In this document: positions 34,450 to 43,275 of the stretch, in pieces
How the letters are laid out: every line of letters begins with the position of its first letter
How positions within the stretch are numbered: the first letter of the stretch is position 1
Assembly: GCA_013140485.1 (NCBI GenBank)
Contig: JABFSS010000068.1
Location: 1 to 44,724, forward strand
DNA length: 44,724 nucleotides
Direction: 5' to 3'
Source: Candidatus Peribacteraceae bacterium
GTDB lineage: Bacteria > Patescibacteriota > Gracilibacteria > Peribacterales > Peribacteraceae
Notes under the pieces: model-generated
What the model was told of the DNA's origin: nothing
Seen by the model: the letters and a program-made list of their open reading frames with translations, nothing else
The model's database searches: none
Position numbers and translations under genes: made by a program

Positions 34450-35085
34450 ATGAATCCCCACTCTTCCGCAAAAAACTCCGGCGCAGCGACCAAGACGAAA
34501 ACGTTATTGGAAGCGCTGAGTGGATGGCTTCCTTTAAAGAAAGAACAGGCCAAGTTGAAGAAGGTCGTCCCCGAGCTTTCCGACGAGGATCTTTCGAAAA
34601 TCAGTCGACTCTTGAAGAAGTGCGGCAAGCCTCCCGCGCCGTCGGGCAGTCTGCAGGATTATCTGAACTGGCACTTTGCGGAAAAGGAGAAGCGCGCGGA
34701 AATCGTGGAAAATCTCGCCGTGCTGCGCCCCAAGGAGCAAGAAGACATGAAGCGCGCGATCATGATGGAGGGCCGTCGTCTGACGGAGCCGGAACTCGAC
34801 GCCGTCTTCAAGAACGAAACGACGATGCTGCAGTATTTCTCGACGCTCACGGGCTCCCAACTCGAAGCGTACCTGCGCAAACTGGATGACCCCGCAGTGG
34901 AGATGCCCGCAAATGTAAAAAAGGGCATGAGGAAAATGTTCACGGCTTTCCGCGACGAGCGGCTGAAGTTCGAAGAAGCATGGGCGGAGAAAATCGGGCC
35001 GCATATAGAGGATATTGCCGCGACACAGACGATCATGGACCAACTTGGCCAACTGGAGAAAATCCAGAAACAACTTTCCCGCTAA
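34450..35085 (+). CDS. hypothetical helical protein (211 aa)
   Basis: Start taken at MNPHSSAKNSG. The ORF-track start at 34114 lies inside the GT2 gene. Confidence 0.5.
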   Translation: MNPHSSAKNSGAATKTKTLLEALSGWLPLKKEQAKLKKVVPELSDEDLSKISRLLKKCGKPPAPSGSLQDYLNWHFAEKEKRAEIVENLAVLRPKEQEDMKRAIMMEGRRLTEPELDAVFKNETTMLQYFSTLTGSQLEAYLRKLDDPAVEMPANVKKGMRKMFTAFRDERLKFEEAWAEKIGPHIEDIAATQTIMDQLGQLEKIQKQLSR

Positions 35086-35097
35086 CCCCCCTACTCT

Positions 35098-35811
35098 ATG
35101 GCACAGCGCAACGAAGTGCAGGAAGAAGATCCCGTCGAGCAGGCACCTGATGAGCGATACATCACCCTTCCCAATGGTTCGCAAATCACAATCTTGCAAT
35201 ATGAAGCCTGGCGCAACACAACTATTGCAGACGCCACCCAACTCATTGCGGCAAACGAACAAGGGCAATTAACCGAACAACAAAAAACTGATTTGCCCGA
35301 TACGGTGCAGAGTCTTCGTGACATCCTGGCGATACAACTTGATGATTCACAAGCAATTCGACGACGTGATCTTCGCGATACGAACTACAGCAATGTTGGT
35401 AAGGACCGGACGCTTCGGTACCAGCTGCGGGTCCTGCGCAATCTCGATCTTTCCCTGCATGCCCCCTTCGGAACGGCATGGGGACAGATGTTTAGTAATT
35501 TTATTGTCGAAGACATTTCAAATTTTTGCCACATCGAATCGCTGCGATTCACGGACTACGTTCGGCAATTCGTCAAAGTGGGTGGAGGTGCATTGGGCGG
35601 AGGCATCGCAGGAGGAGTTCTGGGAATGCTTGGTGGGAATGCTCTTGTTCCCGGTCCCGGCGGAGTAATCGGCGGAGGGGTTGTAGGAGCAGCCTTGGGA
35701 GGTGTGGGTGGATACCTTGCAATCGACCGGTGGTTTCGCAACCGGGCACACCGGCGTTATCCGATTTTGCGCGGAGGGACTCCTGCAGGACTCCATCCCG
35801 CACTGGCGTAG
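35098..35811 (+). CDS. hypothetical protein with a C-terminal glycine-zipper membrane segment
   Basis: ...VKVGGGALGGGIAGGVLGMLGGNALVPGPGGVIGGGVVGAALGGVGGYLAIDRWFRNR. Confidence 0.55.
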   Translation: MAQRNEVQEEDPVEQAPDERYITLPNGSQITILQYEAWRNTTIADATQLIAANEQGQLTEQQKTDLPDTVQSLRDILAIQLDDSQAIRRRDLRDTNYSNVGKDRTLRYQLRVLRNLDLSLHAPFGTAWGQMFSNFIVEDISNFCHIESLRFTDYVRQFVKVGGGALGGGIAGGVLGMLGGNALVPGPGGVIGGGVVGAALGGVGGYLAIDRWFRNRAHRRYPILRGGTPAGLHPALA

Positions 35812-35829
35812 TGGAGACCGGTTCGTCTC

Positions 35830-35857
35830 TTGCGCAAAGAGAAAAACCCGATATACT
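35830..35857 (+). promoter_or_regulatory. candidate nusA promoter
   Basis: TTGCGC (35830-35835), 16 nt, then TATACT (35852-35857). 74 nt upstream of the nusA ATG. Confidence 0.35.
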
Positions 35858-35931
35858 AGATGCATCAACGTATCTGGTAATTGACACTATTCCAACCTTG
35901 GAATGGTGGCTTCACCGTCCCCACCTATCTC

Positions 35932-37203
35932 ATGAAAGCATCATTCCTCGCCGCCATTAACCAAATCTGTTCCGAAAAGAACGTGAAGCCCGATCAGGTC
36001 ATCGAGGCCGTAAAACAGGCCATCGCCACCGCGTATCGGAAAGATTTCGGGAATAAAGAACAGGAGATCCGCGTGGAACTTGAGGAAGGCCGCGACATGC
36101 CGTCGATTCTTCTCGTGAAAGAAGTGGTGGAAGACGTGGAGAACGACAACTTTGAAATCAATCTCAAGGACGCGCGGAAGATCAAGCCCGACGTGGAAGT
36201 GGGCGACGAAATCGCGATCGACGTGACGCCGGTCGAGTACGGACGCATCGCGACGCAGGCGGCCAAGCAAGTGATCTTGCAGAAATTACAGGAGGCCGAG
36301 AAGCAGAGCTTGTACGAGATGTTCAAAGATCGTGAAGAGGAATTGCTGACGGCAAACGTGACGAAGGTCGACCCCAACTGGGTGACGCTCGAGATCGAAG
36401 GTATGACGGTGAGTCTCCCGTGGAGAGAGCAGATTCCCGGCGAGCACTACTACACCGGCAAGCGCATCCGCGTGTACCTGGATAAAGTGGAACTGACGGG
36501 AAAGGGCCCGCAGCTGCGGATTTCCCGCACGCACCCCAACCTCGTGAAGAAATTGCTCGAGCTTGAGATCCCCGAAGTCCGCAACGGCGACGTCGAGATC
36601 ATGGGCATCGCCCGCGACGCCGGCTTCCGCAGCAAAGTGGCAGTGAAGAGCAACGACCCGCGTATTGATCCGATCGGCGCGTGCGTTGGGCAGAAGGGCG
36701 TGCGTATTCAAGCCGTGATGGAAGAGATCAACGGCGAACGCGTCGACATGATCGAATATTCGCCCGATCCGATTAAATTGATTTCCCTCGCGCTCCAACC
36801 CGCCGCGATCTCCGCGGTCATCATCGTGAACGATGAAGAGCGACTCGATGACCAGGGCCGCAAAGTGAAGAAGCGCGCCGCCGTGTTCGTGGAAGAAGCG
36901 CAGCGTCCGATGGCGATCGGCAAGAAAGGCCAGAATATCCGCCTCGCGACACAGCTGACCGCCTACGAACTCGACATGTACAACTACGCCGAGCTGCCCG
37001 CCTTCAAAGCGAAGCTCGCGGAACTGCGCGGGGAGCCGATGCCGGCCGAAGCTGCCGTTGAAGTCAGCGAAGGCAGCGAAGGAGGATCCGCGGCAGATGA
37101 TGGGTCTGCAGGTGGCGCTTCAGCAACGACTGGCAATGATTCCGCCGCCGCGCCCGCCGCTACCGACGCGCCTCCCACGGAATCGGGAGAGAAAGCTGCA
37201 TAG
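35932..37203 (+). CDS. nusA: transcription termination/antitermination factor NusA
   Basis: MKASFLAAINQICSEKNV..D.VIEAVK.AI..AY, an S1-like segment, and KH segments ...RTHP.LVKKLLELEIPEV..G.VEI..IAR..G.RSKVAV.S.D..IDPIGACVG.KG.RIQAV..E..GE..D...YS.DP and AIGK.GQN.RLA..LT. The ATG at 35932 is preferred over the TTG at 35881. Confidence 0.9.
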   Translation: MKASFLAAINQICSEKNVKPDQVIEAVKQAIATAYRKDFGNKEQEIRVELEEGRDMPSILLVKEVVEDVENDNFEINLKDARKIKPDVEVGDEIAIDVTPVEYGRIATQAAKQVILQKLQEAEKQSLYEMFKDREEELLTANVTKVDPNWVTLEIEGMTVSLPWREQIPGEHYYTGKRIRVYLDKVELTGKGPQLRISRTHPNLVKKLLELEIPEVRNGDVEIMGIARDAGFRSKVAVKSNDPRIDPIGACVGQKGVRIQAVMEEINGERVDMIEYSPDPIKLISLALQPAAISAVIIVNDEERLDDQGRKVKKRAAVFVEEAQRPMAIGKKGQNIRLATQLTAYELDMYNYAELPAFKAKLAELRGEPMPAEAAVEVSEGSEGGSAADDGSAGGASATTGNDSAAAPAATDAPPTESGEKAA

Positions 37204-37321
37204 CGGAAACTTACTAAGAAACGCGAGTAATTTAAGCAACGAAAGAGGATATTTTCCTGTACTGCATGGGCAATTTCGCTATGCTTCCAACCCTTCAATT
37301 TCTCTTTCCTTCTCCCCCCGT

Positions 37322-40300
37322 ATGCGCGCCCTGCCTTCGTTCTCCCGTGCCGTCTCGTCTTTTCTCATTGTCGCACTCAGCGTCGGCAGTTCCGTTTCAT
37401 TGCCGGCGATGGCCGTGGCGAAAGGGAGGACCGACGTGGTGCGATCCGAAGGACGCGCGCAGTACACCGCCGATCAGGTCATCGTGAAACTGAAGAATGC
37501 GCCGACGACGGACGCGGCATCCGCGATGACGAACATCGCGCGTGAGAAGGGAGTGCAGGTGAAGAACGTAAAAAATCTCCTCAGGAAAACGGCGCAGGTC
37601 AAAGGGAAGGCGAGGCTCGAAGCACTGGCCGATACGATCTTCACGGTCAACCTCAACGGCGGAGACCCTGTGGCGGTCGCGCGACAACTGAAGACCGATC
37701 CGCGCGTGGCGTTTGCCGAACCGAACTACAAACTGCATGCGCTTGTAACGCCCAATGATCCGCTCTACGGACAGCAGTGGGATCTGAGTAACACGGGGCA
37801 GACCGGCGGTACGACGGACGCGGACATTGATGCTCCCGAGGGCTGGAACACGACGCATGACAGCACTCTCACCGTCGCAGTCATCGACACCGGCGTCGAT
37901 TACACCCATCCGGACTTGGCGGGAAACATGTGGACCAACCCCGGGGAAATCGCCGGAAACGGCCTTGATGACGATGTAAACGGATACGTGGATGACGTTC
38001 ACGGGTACGACTTTGTGAACCGAGACGGCAATCCAATGGACGACTTCGGCCACGGCACGCACTGTGCCGGCACCATCGGTGCCAAGGGCAATAACGGCGT
38101 CGGGATCGCCGGCATCAATTGGAACGTGAAGATCGCCGCCCTCAAGTTCCTCGATTCGTCCGGCGGAGGTACCACCGAAGGCGCGGTGGAAGCGATTCTC
38201 TACGCCAATAAAATGGGCTTCAAAGTCACGAGCAACAGCTGGGGCGGCGGAGGGTTCTCCCAAATTCTCTACGATGCGATTGCCGCTGCGAACAGCGAAG
38301 GCAGAATCTTTATCGCGGCTTCCGGCAATGACGGATCGGACACCGACGCATTCCCGATGTACCCGGCTGCGTACGATCTGCCGAATATCATTTCGGTCGC
38401 CGCCACCGACCACAACGACGCGCTTTCCGGCTTTTCCAACTACGGCGCGGTCTCCGTCGATATCGCCGCACCCGGCGATGACACGCTCTCCACCGTGCCC
38501 ACGGGCTCCTGTCAACTGTGCGACCCCTCCGGGTACCTGCTCCTCAGCGGCACCTCCATGGCGACGCCGCACGTCGCGGGCGCTGCCGCACTGCTCTGGT
38601 CACGAGAACCCGGGCTGACCAACGCCCAGCTCAAGACCAAGCTCTTGGCACGCGTCGACACGCTCCCCTCGCTCACAGGAAAAATGGTGAGTGATGGTCG
38701 CATGAACCTGCAAACGCTCTTTGAAGTCGATACGACCGCCCCCTCTCCCGTCACCAACCTCACGGCAACGGCAACCGCATTCAACGCCATCGCCCTCACA
38801 TGGACGGCCACGGGCGACGATGCAACGACCGGCCGCGCGAGTCGTTACGATGTGCGCTACTCCACCGGCCCGATCACCGCAGGGAACTTCGCCACCGCGA
38901 CGGTCGCGACCGGCGAACCCGTTCCCGGGTCTGCCGGATCGGCGGAGTCGATGGTGATTCGCGGTCTTGACCCCCTCACAACGTACTACGTGGCGATGAA
39001 GGTTATCGACAACGTCGGGAATGCCTCCGCACTCTCCAACGTGCCCTCCGCAAAGACATTGGCAGCGACGACGATCTTCACCGACAACATGGAGAACGGC
39101 ATCAACGGCTGGGCCACCGGCGGCGTCATCTTCGACGCAGACAACCTTTGGCATCAGAGTACCCGCCGCAACGTGAGTCCGACGCATGCCTGGTACTACG
39201 GAAAGGAGAGTACGGGCAACTACGATACCGGCACGCATAACATCGGTACCTTGACCTCGCCCGTCATTTCGCTCAGCAACCTCACGAGCAGCGAACTTGT
39301 CTTCTCGCAATTCGTGGACACGGAGAACTTCTCCTTTGTCGATCTTGCCCAGGTGCAGGCGCGCGTCTTGACTTCCTCCGTATCGACATCGGCATCTCCG
39401 CTGTACGGTCCTCCGCCACTGCCCGATCCCAATCAATGGACGACGTTGCTCCAAACGGGAACCACAAACGGTATCTTTACGAAGGAGTCCGTCGATCTCA
39501 GCGCGTTCGACGGCAAAACCATTCAGATCCGGTTCCTATTCGATACGGTCGACGATTTCCTGAACGCATTCGAAGGCTGGTACGTCGATGATGTTTCCGT
39601 CCGGGGCACCTCCACCGCCGTCGGCGTCGACGTTCGCCCGACACTCAAACTTGCTCCGCAGATTCATGCCGGTGACACTCTTCCTGAGAGCTGGACTATC
39701 GAGGTGATTGGAGAAGGCAGCGCCACGGGCATCGTGTCGCAGACGCTCCCCGCAGGATTTGTCTTCCTGAATTCCGTTCCGGGTGGTCCGAACGGCTGCA
39801 AGCTCGTGGAAACCAACAAAGTGAGTTGCCCCTTTACAAACTTGAAGTCCGGCTCGCCGCAGGGTTACCTCGTCTACGTGAAGGTTCCGGCCAATTACCC
39901 GTGCAACACGAATTTCACGACGCAGATTGCGGTTGAGAGCAGTTCGGCCACCGATCCGACTCCGGGGAACAACACCTCGACGGCAACGACGAAGGTGACG
40001 TGCACCGGTAATTCGTCGTCTTCCAGTTCCAGCACGAGTTCGTCGAGTTCAACCTCATCGAGTTCAAGCTCTAGTTCCAGAACAAGCTCCTCGAGTTCGA
40101 GCTCCACCTCGTCGAGTTCGAGTTCGAGCTCCACGTCCTCAAGTTCAACGTCCTCCAGTTCCAGCAGCAGTTCATCGACGGGTCCCGGCGTCGATGTCCG
40201 CCCGACGCTCAAGCTTCCTCCGCAGATTCACGCCGGTAGCGATCTCCCGGAAAACTGGATCATGGAAGTTCTGGGTTCAGGCAATGCGACGGGTACCATC

Positions 40301-42292
40301 TCTCAGACGCTACCTGCCGGATTTACCTTCCTGAATTCCGCTCCCGGTGGCCCAGACGGTTGCAAGCTCATCGGAACCAACAAAGTGATTTGCCCTTTTA
40401 CCAACCTGAATTCCACTGCGTCGAAGAGTTTCCTCGTCTACGTGAAGGTTCCGGCCAACTACCCGTGCAACACGAATTTCACGACGCAGATTGCGATTGC
40501 GACCAGTTCCGCGGCGGATCCGAATCCGGGGAACAACACCTCGACGGCAACGACGAAGGTGACGTGCACTGGTAACTCGTCGTCGTCTTCAAGCTCGACG
40601 AGTTCCTCGACGTCATCGAGTTCGTCGAGTTCAACATCGACCAGCTCCAGCACGAGCTCCTCAAGTTCAAGCTCCACCTCGTCGAGTTCGAGTTCAAGCT
40701 CCACATCCTCGAGTTCGACCTCCTCCAGTTCCAGCAGCAGTTCCTCCACGGGCCCCGGCGTCGACGTCAAAACAACCCTCAAGCTTCCTCCCCAGATCCA
40801 TGCAGGAGACAAACTTCCGGAGAACTGGATCATTGAAGTGGTGGGAGCAGGCAATGCGACGGGCACGGTGACGCAGACGCTGCCTACAGGATTCGTCTTC
40901 CAGAACTCCGCACCAAGCGGATGCACGCCCCTGGCGAACAACAAAGTGAGCTGCCCGTTCACTGGTCTAAATTCCAGTGCAGCGAAAAGTTACCTTGTCT
41001 ACGTGAAGGTTCCGGCCAATTACCCGTGCAACACGAATTTCACGACGCAGATTGCCGTTGCAACCAGTTCCGCAGCGGATCCGGTTCCGGGGAACAACAT
41101 GTCTGAGGCATTCACGAAGGTGACGTGCGCCTCCGTCTCGACGGGCAACCTCTACGTCTCGCAGAACACCACTCCGCTCCGCAGTCGCCAACTGACCGGC
41201 GGCGCGCTCGGCGAAGCGGTGCTCCGTCTTACATTCCGCGCGGACACGGAGAAGATCGACGTGACCGATCTGCAGTTGAGCCAGCTCAACGGCACGACCA
41301 TCGGCTCCATCGACCGGCTCGAATTGTACAAGCCGGGAGAAACGTTGCCGTTTGCCAGCGCGACCGTCGCCGGTTGCGGGACCGACGTCACGCCTCCAAA
41401 GACCTTCTGCGCCAAGATGCTGTCGCAACAGCTTGTAATCGCACCGGATCTCGACGTGGTCGTGATCGTGCAACCGCGCATGAAGACGGACGAGAACGGC
41501 GCGGTATCGGGTGACGCGGTGCAGCTCTTTGTGTCTCCCGCCGCCGTCGTGAACTACACCACCGGCGAAGGCGCGGTGAAGGCGCGCGGATTGGCCTCCA
41601 GCCGCACGCTGGCCGCGAACAACGGCAATGCGACGCCCGAGGGCGAGATCTTCATCGGCCGCACGTCCGCCGCATCGACGAACCAGCAGATCACGGGGAA
41701 TCCCAACGTGACGGTGCTGAGCAAGATCATGGCCATCGTAAACGCCAACCCGGATGCAAACGGCACCAATGTCCCCACAGGAATCGCCGACGTCGGCCAA
41801 TTCAAAATCACCGCGGCGCCGAATAACAACACGAAGAACGGGTCCAATGACGTCGTCGTCGCCGACGCATTCTTCAACGTCATCGCCACGAACGTCGCGA
41901 TTGACGGCTCTTCCTTGAAGTTCTTCAACAAAGCCAGCAGCAGCACGTTCGTCTCCTGTTCTCCGGTAGCAACGGACGGCTCGCCGCTCGCGGGCACCGT
42001 GACCGGCAACTTCCTGGCCAAATGCACCGATCTGAGCGGAGCAAACACCGCCATTGATTCCGGCACGGACCAGACGTTCGTTCTCCGTCTGAACATCACG
42101 AATCCGAAAGTCGACTCTACACAGGCGTCCGCACTTCAGGTGAGCCTGCAGAACTTCGATTCCATCGCCAACGGAAGCCTCAGCGCCATCACCAGCCACT
42201 TCCAGTGGCACGATACGGACACCGTCTCGACGCCGTACCTCTGGGTGGAATACCCGGAGACGATCGTGAAGTCGACGATGTATCAGTCCTGA
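37322..42292 (+). CDS. secreted S8 subtilisin-family protease (1656 aa) with FN3-like module, three DUF11-like repeat domains separated by poly-Ser/Thr linkers, and a large C-terminal region
   Basis: Signal peptide MRALPSFSRAVSSFLIVALSVGSSVSLPAMA. Catalytic triad contexts are VAVIDTGVDYTHPDL, HGTHCAGTIGA and GTSMATPHVAGAAALL. An I9-like propeptide precedes them. The ATG at 37322 is used; the ORF-track start at 37058 lies inside nusA. Confidence 0.92.
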   Translation: MRALPSFSRAVSSFLIVALSVGSSVSLPAMAVAKGRTDVVRSEGRAQYTADQVIVKLKNAPTTDAASAMTNIAREKGVQVKNVKNLLRKTAQVKGKARLEALADTIFTVNLNGGDPVAVARQLKTDPRVAFAEPNYKLHALVTPNDPLYGQQWDLSNTGQTGGTTDADIDAPEGWNTTHDSTLTVAVIDTGVDYTHPDLAGNMWTNPGEIAGNGLDDDVNGYVDDVHGYDFVNRDGNPMDDFGHGTHCAGTIGAKGNNGVGIAGINWNVKIAALKFLDSSGGGTTEGAVEAILYANKMGFKVTSNSWGGGGFSQILYDAIAAANSEGRIFIAASGNDGSDTDAFPMYPAAYDLPNIISVAATDHNDALSGFSNYGAVSVDIAAPGDDTLSTVPTGSCQLCDPSGYLLLSGTSMATPHVAGAAALLWSREPGLTNAQLKTKLLARVDTLPSLTGKMVSDGRMNLQTLFEVDTTAPSPVTNLTATATAFNAIALTWTATGDDATTGRASRYDVRYSTGPITAGNFATATVATGEPVPGSAGSAESMVIRGLDPLTTYYVAMKVIDNVGNASALSNVPSAKTLAATTIFTDNMENGINGWATGGVIFDADNLWHQSTRRNVSPTHAWYYGKESTGNYDTGTHNIGTLTSPVISLSNLTSSELVFSQFVDTENFSFVDLAQVQARVLTSSVSTSASPLYGPPPLPDPNQWTTLLQTGTTNGIFTKESVDLSAFDGKTIQIRFLFDTVDDFLNAFEGWYVDDVSVRGTSTAVGVDVRPTLKLAPQIHAGDTLPESWTIEVIGEGSATGIVSQTLPAGFVFLNSVPGGPNGCKLVETNKVSCPFTNLKSGSPQGYLVYVKVPANYPCNTNFTTQIAVESSSATDPTPGNNTSTATTKVTCTGNSSSSSSSTSSSSSTSSSSSSSSRTSSSSSSSTSSSSSSSSTSSSSTSSSSSSSSSTGPGVDVRPTLKLPPQIHAGSDLPENWIMEVLGSGNATGTISQTLPAGFTFLNSAPGGPDGCKLIGTNKVICPFTNLNSTASKSFLVYVKVPANYPCNTNFTTQIAIATSSAADPNPGNNTSTATTKVTCTGNSSSSSSSTSSSTSSSSSSSTSTSSSTSSSSSSSTSSSSSSSSTSSSSTSSSSSSSSSTGPGVDVKTTLKLPPQIHAGDKLPENWIIEVVGAGNATGTVTQTLPTGFVFQNSAPSGCTPLANNKVSCPFTGLNSSAAKSYLVYVKVPANYPCNTNFTTQIAVATSSAADPVPGNNMSEAFTKVTCASVSTGNLYVSQNTTPLRSRQLTGGALGEAVLRLTFRADTEKIDVTDLQLSQLNGTTIGSIDRLELYKPGETLPFASATVAGCGTDVTPPKTFCAKMLSQQLVIAPDLDVVVIVQPRMKTDENGAVSGDAVQLFVSPAAVVNYTTGEGAVKARGLASSRTLAANNGNATPEGEIFIGRTSAASTNQQITGNPNVTVLSKIMAIVNANPDANGTNVPTGIADVGQFKITAAPNNNTKNGSNDVVVADAFFNVIATNVAIDGSSLKFFNKASSSTFVSCSPVATDGSPLAGTVTGNFLAKCTDLSGANTAIDSGTDQTFVLRLNITNPKVDSTQASALQVSLQNFDSIANGSLSAITSHFQWHDTDTVSTPYLWVEYPETIVKSTMYQS
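39623..41131 (+). repeat. three tandem coding repeats, period about 561-570 bp (domain plus poly-Ser linker)
   Basis: The units start with ggcgtcga(c/t)gt at 39623, 40187 and 40757. A conserved segment of about 50 nt, tacgtgaaggttccggccaa(t/c)tacccgtgcaacacgaatttcacgacgcagattgc, recurs at 39875, 40439 and 41000; the copy at 40439 differs at one base. Each unit encodes GVDV(R/K)PTLKLPPQIHAG...LPAGF.F.NS...C......V.CPF..L......YLVYVKVPANYPCNTNFTTQIA...S.A.DP.PGNN.S.A.TKVTC. Confidence 0.92.
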
Positions 42293-42316
42293 TGACACCG
42301 AATAAAAGACTGGAAG

Positions 42317-42339
42317 GAGCGGCCACGGGCCGCTCTTTT
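42317..42339 (+). terminator. intrinsic terminator of the protease gene
   Basis: gagcggcc acg ggccgctc (8-bp stem) followed by tttt. Confidence 0.8.
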
Positions 42340-42350
42340 CGAAAATGATC

Positions 42351-42378
42351 TTGACGATGGGGCAAGACGCACTAGCAT
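42351..42378 (+). promoter_or_regulatory. sigma70 promoter
   Basis: TTGACG (42351-42356), 16 nt, TAGCAT (42373-42378), 9 nt, then the ATG at 42388. Confidence 0.5.
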
Positions 42379-42387
42379 GAAAGACTC

Positions 42388-42453
42388 ATGAAACGGACAT
42401 CTTCCTTCGCCGCATTGCGTCGCCGCCGTCTGTTCTCCACAGAGGGCCGGTGA
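42388..42453 (+). CDS. promoter-proximal micro-ORF (21 aa, four consecutive Arg codons); possible leader peptide
   Basis: atg aaa cgg aca tct tcc ttc gcc gca ttg cgt cgc cgc cgt ctg ttc tcc aca gag ggc cgg tga gives MKRTSSFAALRRRRLFSTEGR-stop. Confidence 0.3.
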   Translation: MKRTSSFAALRRRRLFSTEGR

Positions 42454-42518
42454 CCTTGTAACTGCCGCGAATCACCAGCGCCCCCTCTGTGGAGGAGGGC
42501 GTTTTTTAAAAAACGCCC
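42433..42518 (+). promoter_or_regulatory. mutually exclusive hairpins plus T-tract upstream of the 42550 gene (candidate attenuator or small structured RNA)
   Basis: ctccacagaggg (42435-42446) pairs with ccctctgtggag (42483-42494). Alternatively ccctc (42483-42487) pairs with gaggg (42495-42499), followed by cgtttttt. A perfect palindrome gggcgtttttt/aaaaaacgccc lies at 42497-42518. Confidence 0.4.
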
Positions 42519-42549
42519 AGGCGCTGGTAGCGGCATTCTCCTTTCCATC

Positions 42550-43191
42550 ATGACCTCGATAGACACCATCGTCGCACTGAATGCGACCCTCTCAAAAGAT
42601 TCTCTATCTCCGGACAAGCACAACGCTTTGGCCGATGCGTTGGAACAATGCGGTTTTGTTTCTGCGGCACACAAACAACGCATGATCGCACTGATGCTCA
42701 CAAGCATTCCAAAAATTCAGGCAATGATCGGCGACTGCCCTCAATTCCACGGGCCGGTGGAAGGCGGCTTCGTTCTCAACAAGACGGAAATCTACGAGCC
42801 CAAAGAAAAGAATGAATGTGGCACGGCTGAACGCGGATTCAAGATACTTGGAGGGAATGCATACAGTGTCGGCTATTACACACTGGGGAACGACGAACCT
42901 TCTTTTCATCACATCACGCACAAGGACGACCCCCGGCTAACGGTCGAGATTGATTCCGGATCGCTGAGTATCATCGAAGGCACGCAGTCATTCACAAGTA
43001 TTGATGACATTCTCGCCCGAAAGGGACGCCTCGAGGATCCAATCCGGCAAACGCATTTCGGTTCTCCGCTGGTACTGGAAGAACTCGTTGCCAATCCGAT
43101 CCTCGACCGCGCATGGGAAATGGTCGTCACCGCGCGGAAGGCAATTGATGCCATTGTCACATCCATAACCACCGTCCGCAGAATGCCCTAG
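42550..43191 (+). CDS. hypothetical protein (213 aa)
   Basis: ORF bracketed by the leader structure and a strong terminator. No recognised family. The antisense ORF 42372-42707 is discounted. Confidence 0.55.
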   Translation: MTSIDTIVALNATLSKDSLSPDKHNALADALEQCGFVSAAHKQRMIALMLTSIPKIQAMIGDCPQFHGPVEGGFVLNKTEIYEPKEKNECGTAERGFKILGGNAYSVGYYTLGNDEPSFHHITHKDDPRLTVEIDSGSLSIIEGTQSFTSIDDILARKGRLEDPIRQTHFGSPLVLEELVANPILDRAWEMVVTARKAIDAIVTSITTVRRMP

Positions 43192-43202
43192 AGACAGGAA
43201 CA

Positions 43203-43226
43203 GCCCCCGGCCGCGGGGGCTTTTTT
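43203..43226 (+). terminator. intrinsic terminator
   Basis: gcccccg gccg cgggggc (7-bp GC stem) followed by tttttt. Confidence 0.85.
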
Positions 43227-43275
43227 GAAGCTTCAGCCATGGCTTTTGCCCATCTAGAGCCGTATTCTTGATCCA

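Noticed and set aside
42388-42453. The micro-ORF as a truncated ribosomal protein L34 gene (it starts MKRT and is Arg-rich).
   Set aside because: Similarity ends after four residues. The ORF is less than half the length of L34, and no frame continues with L34-like sequence.
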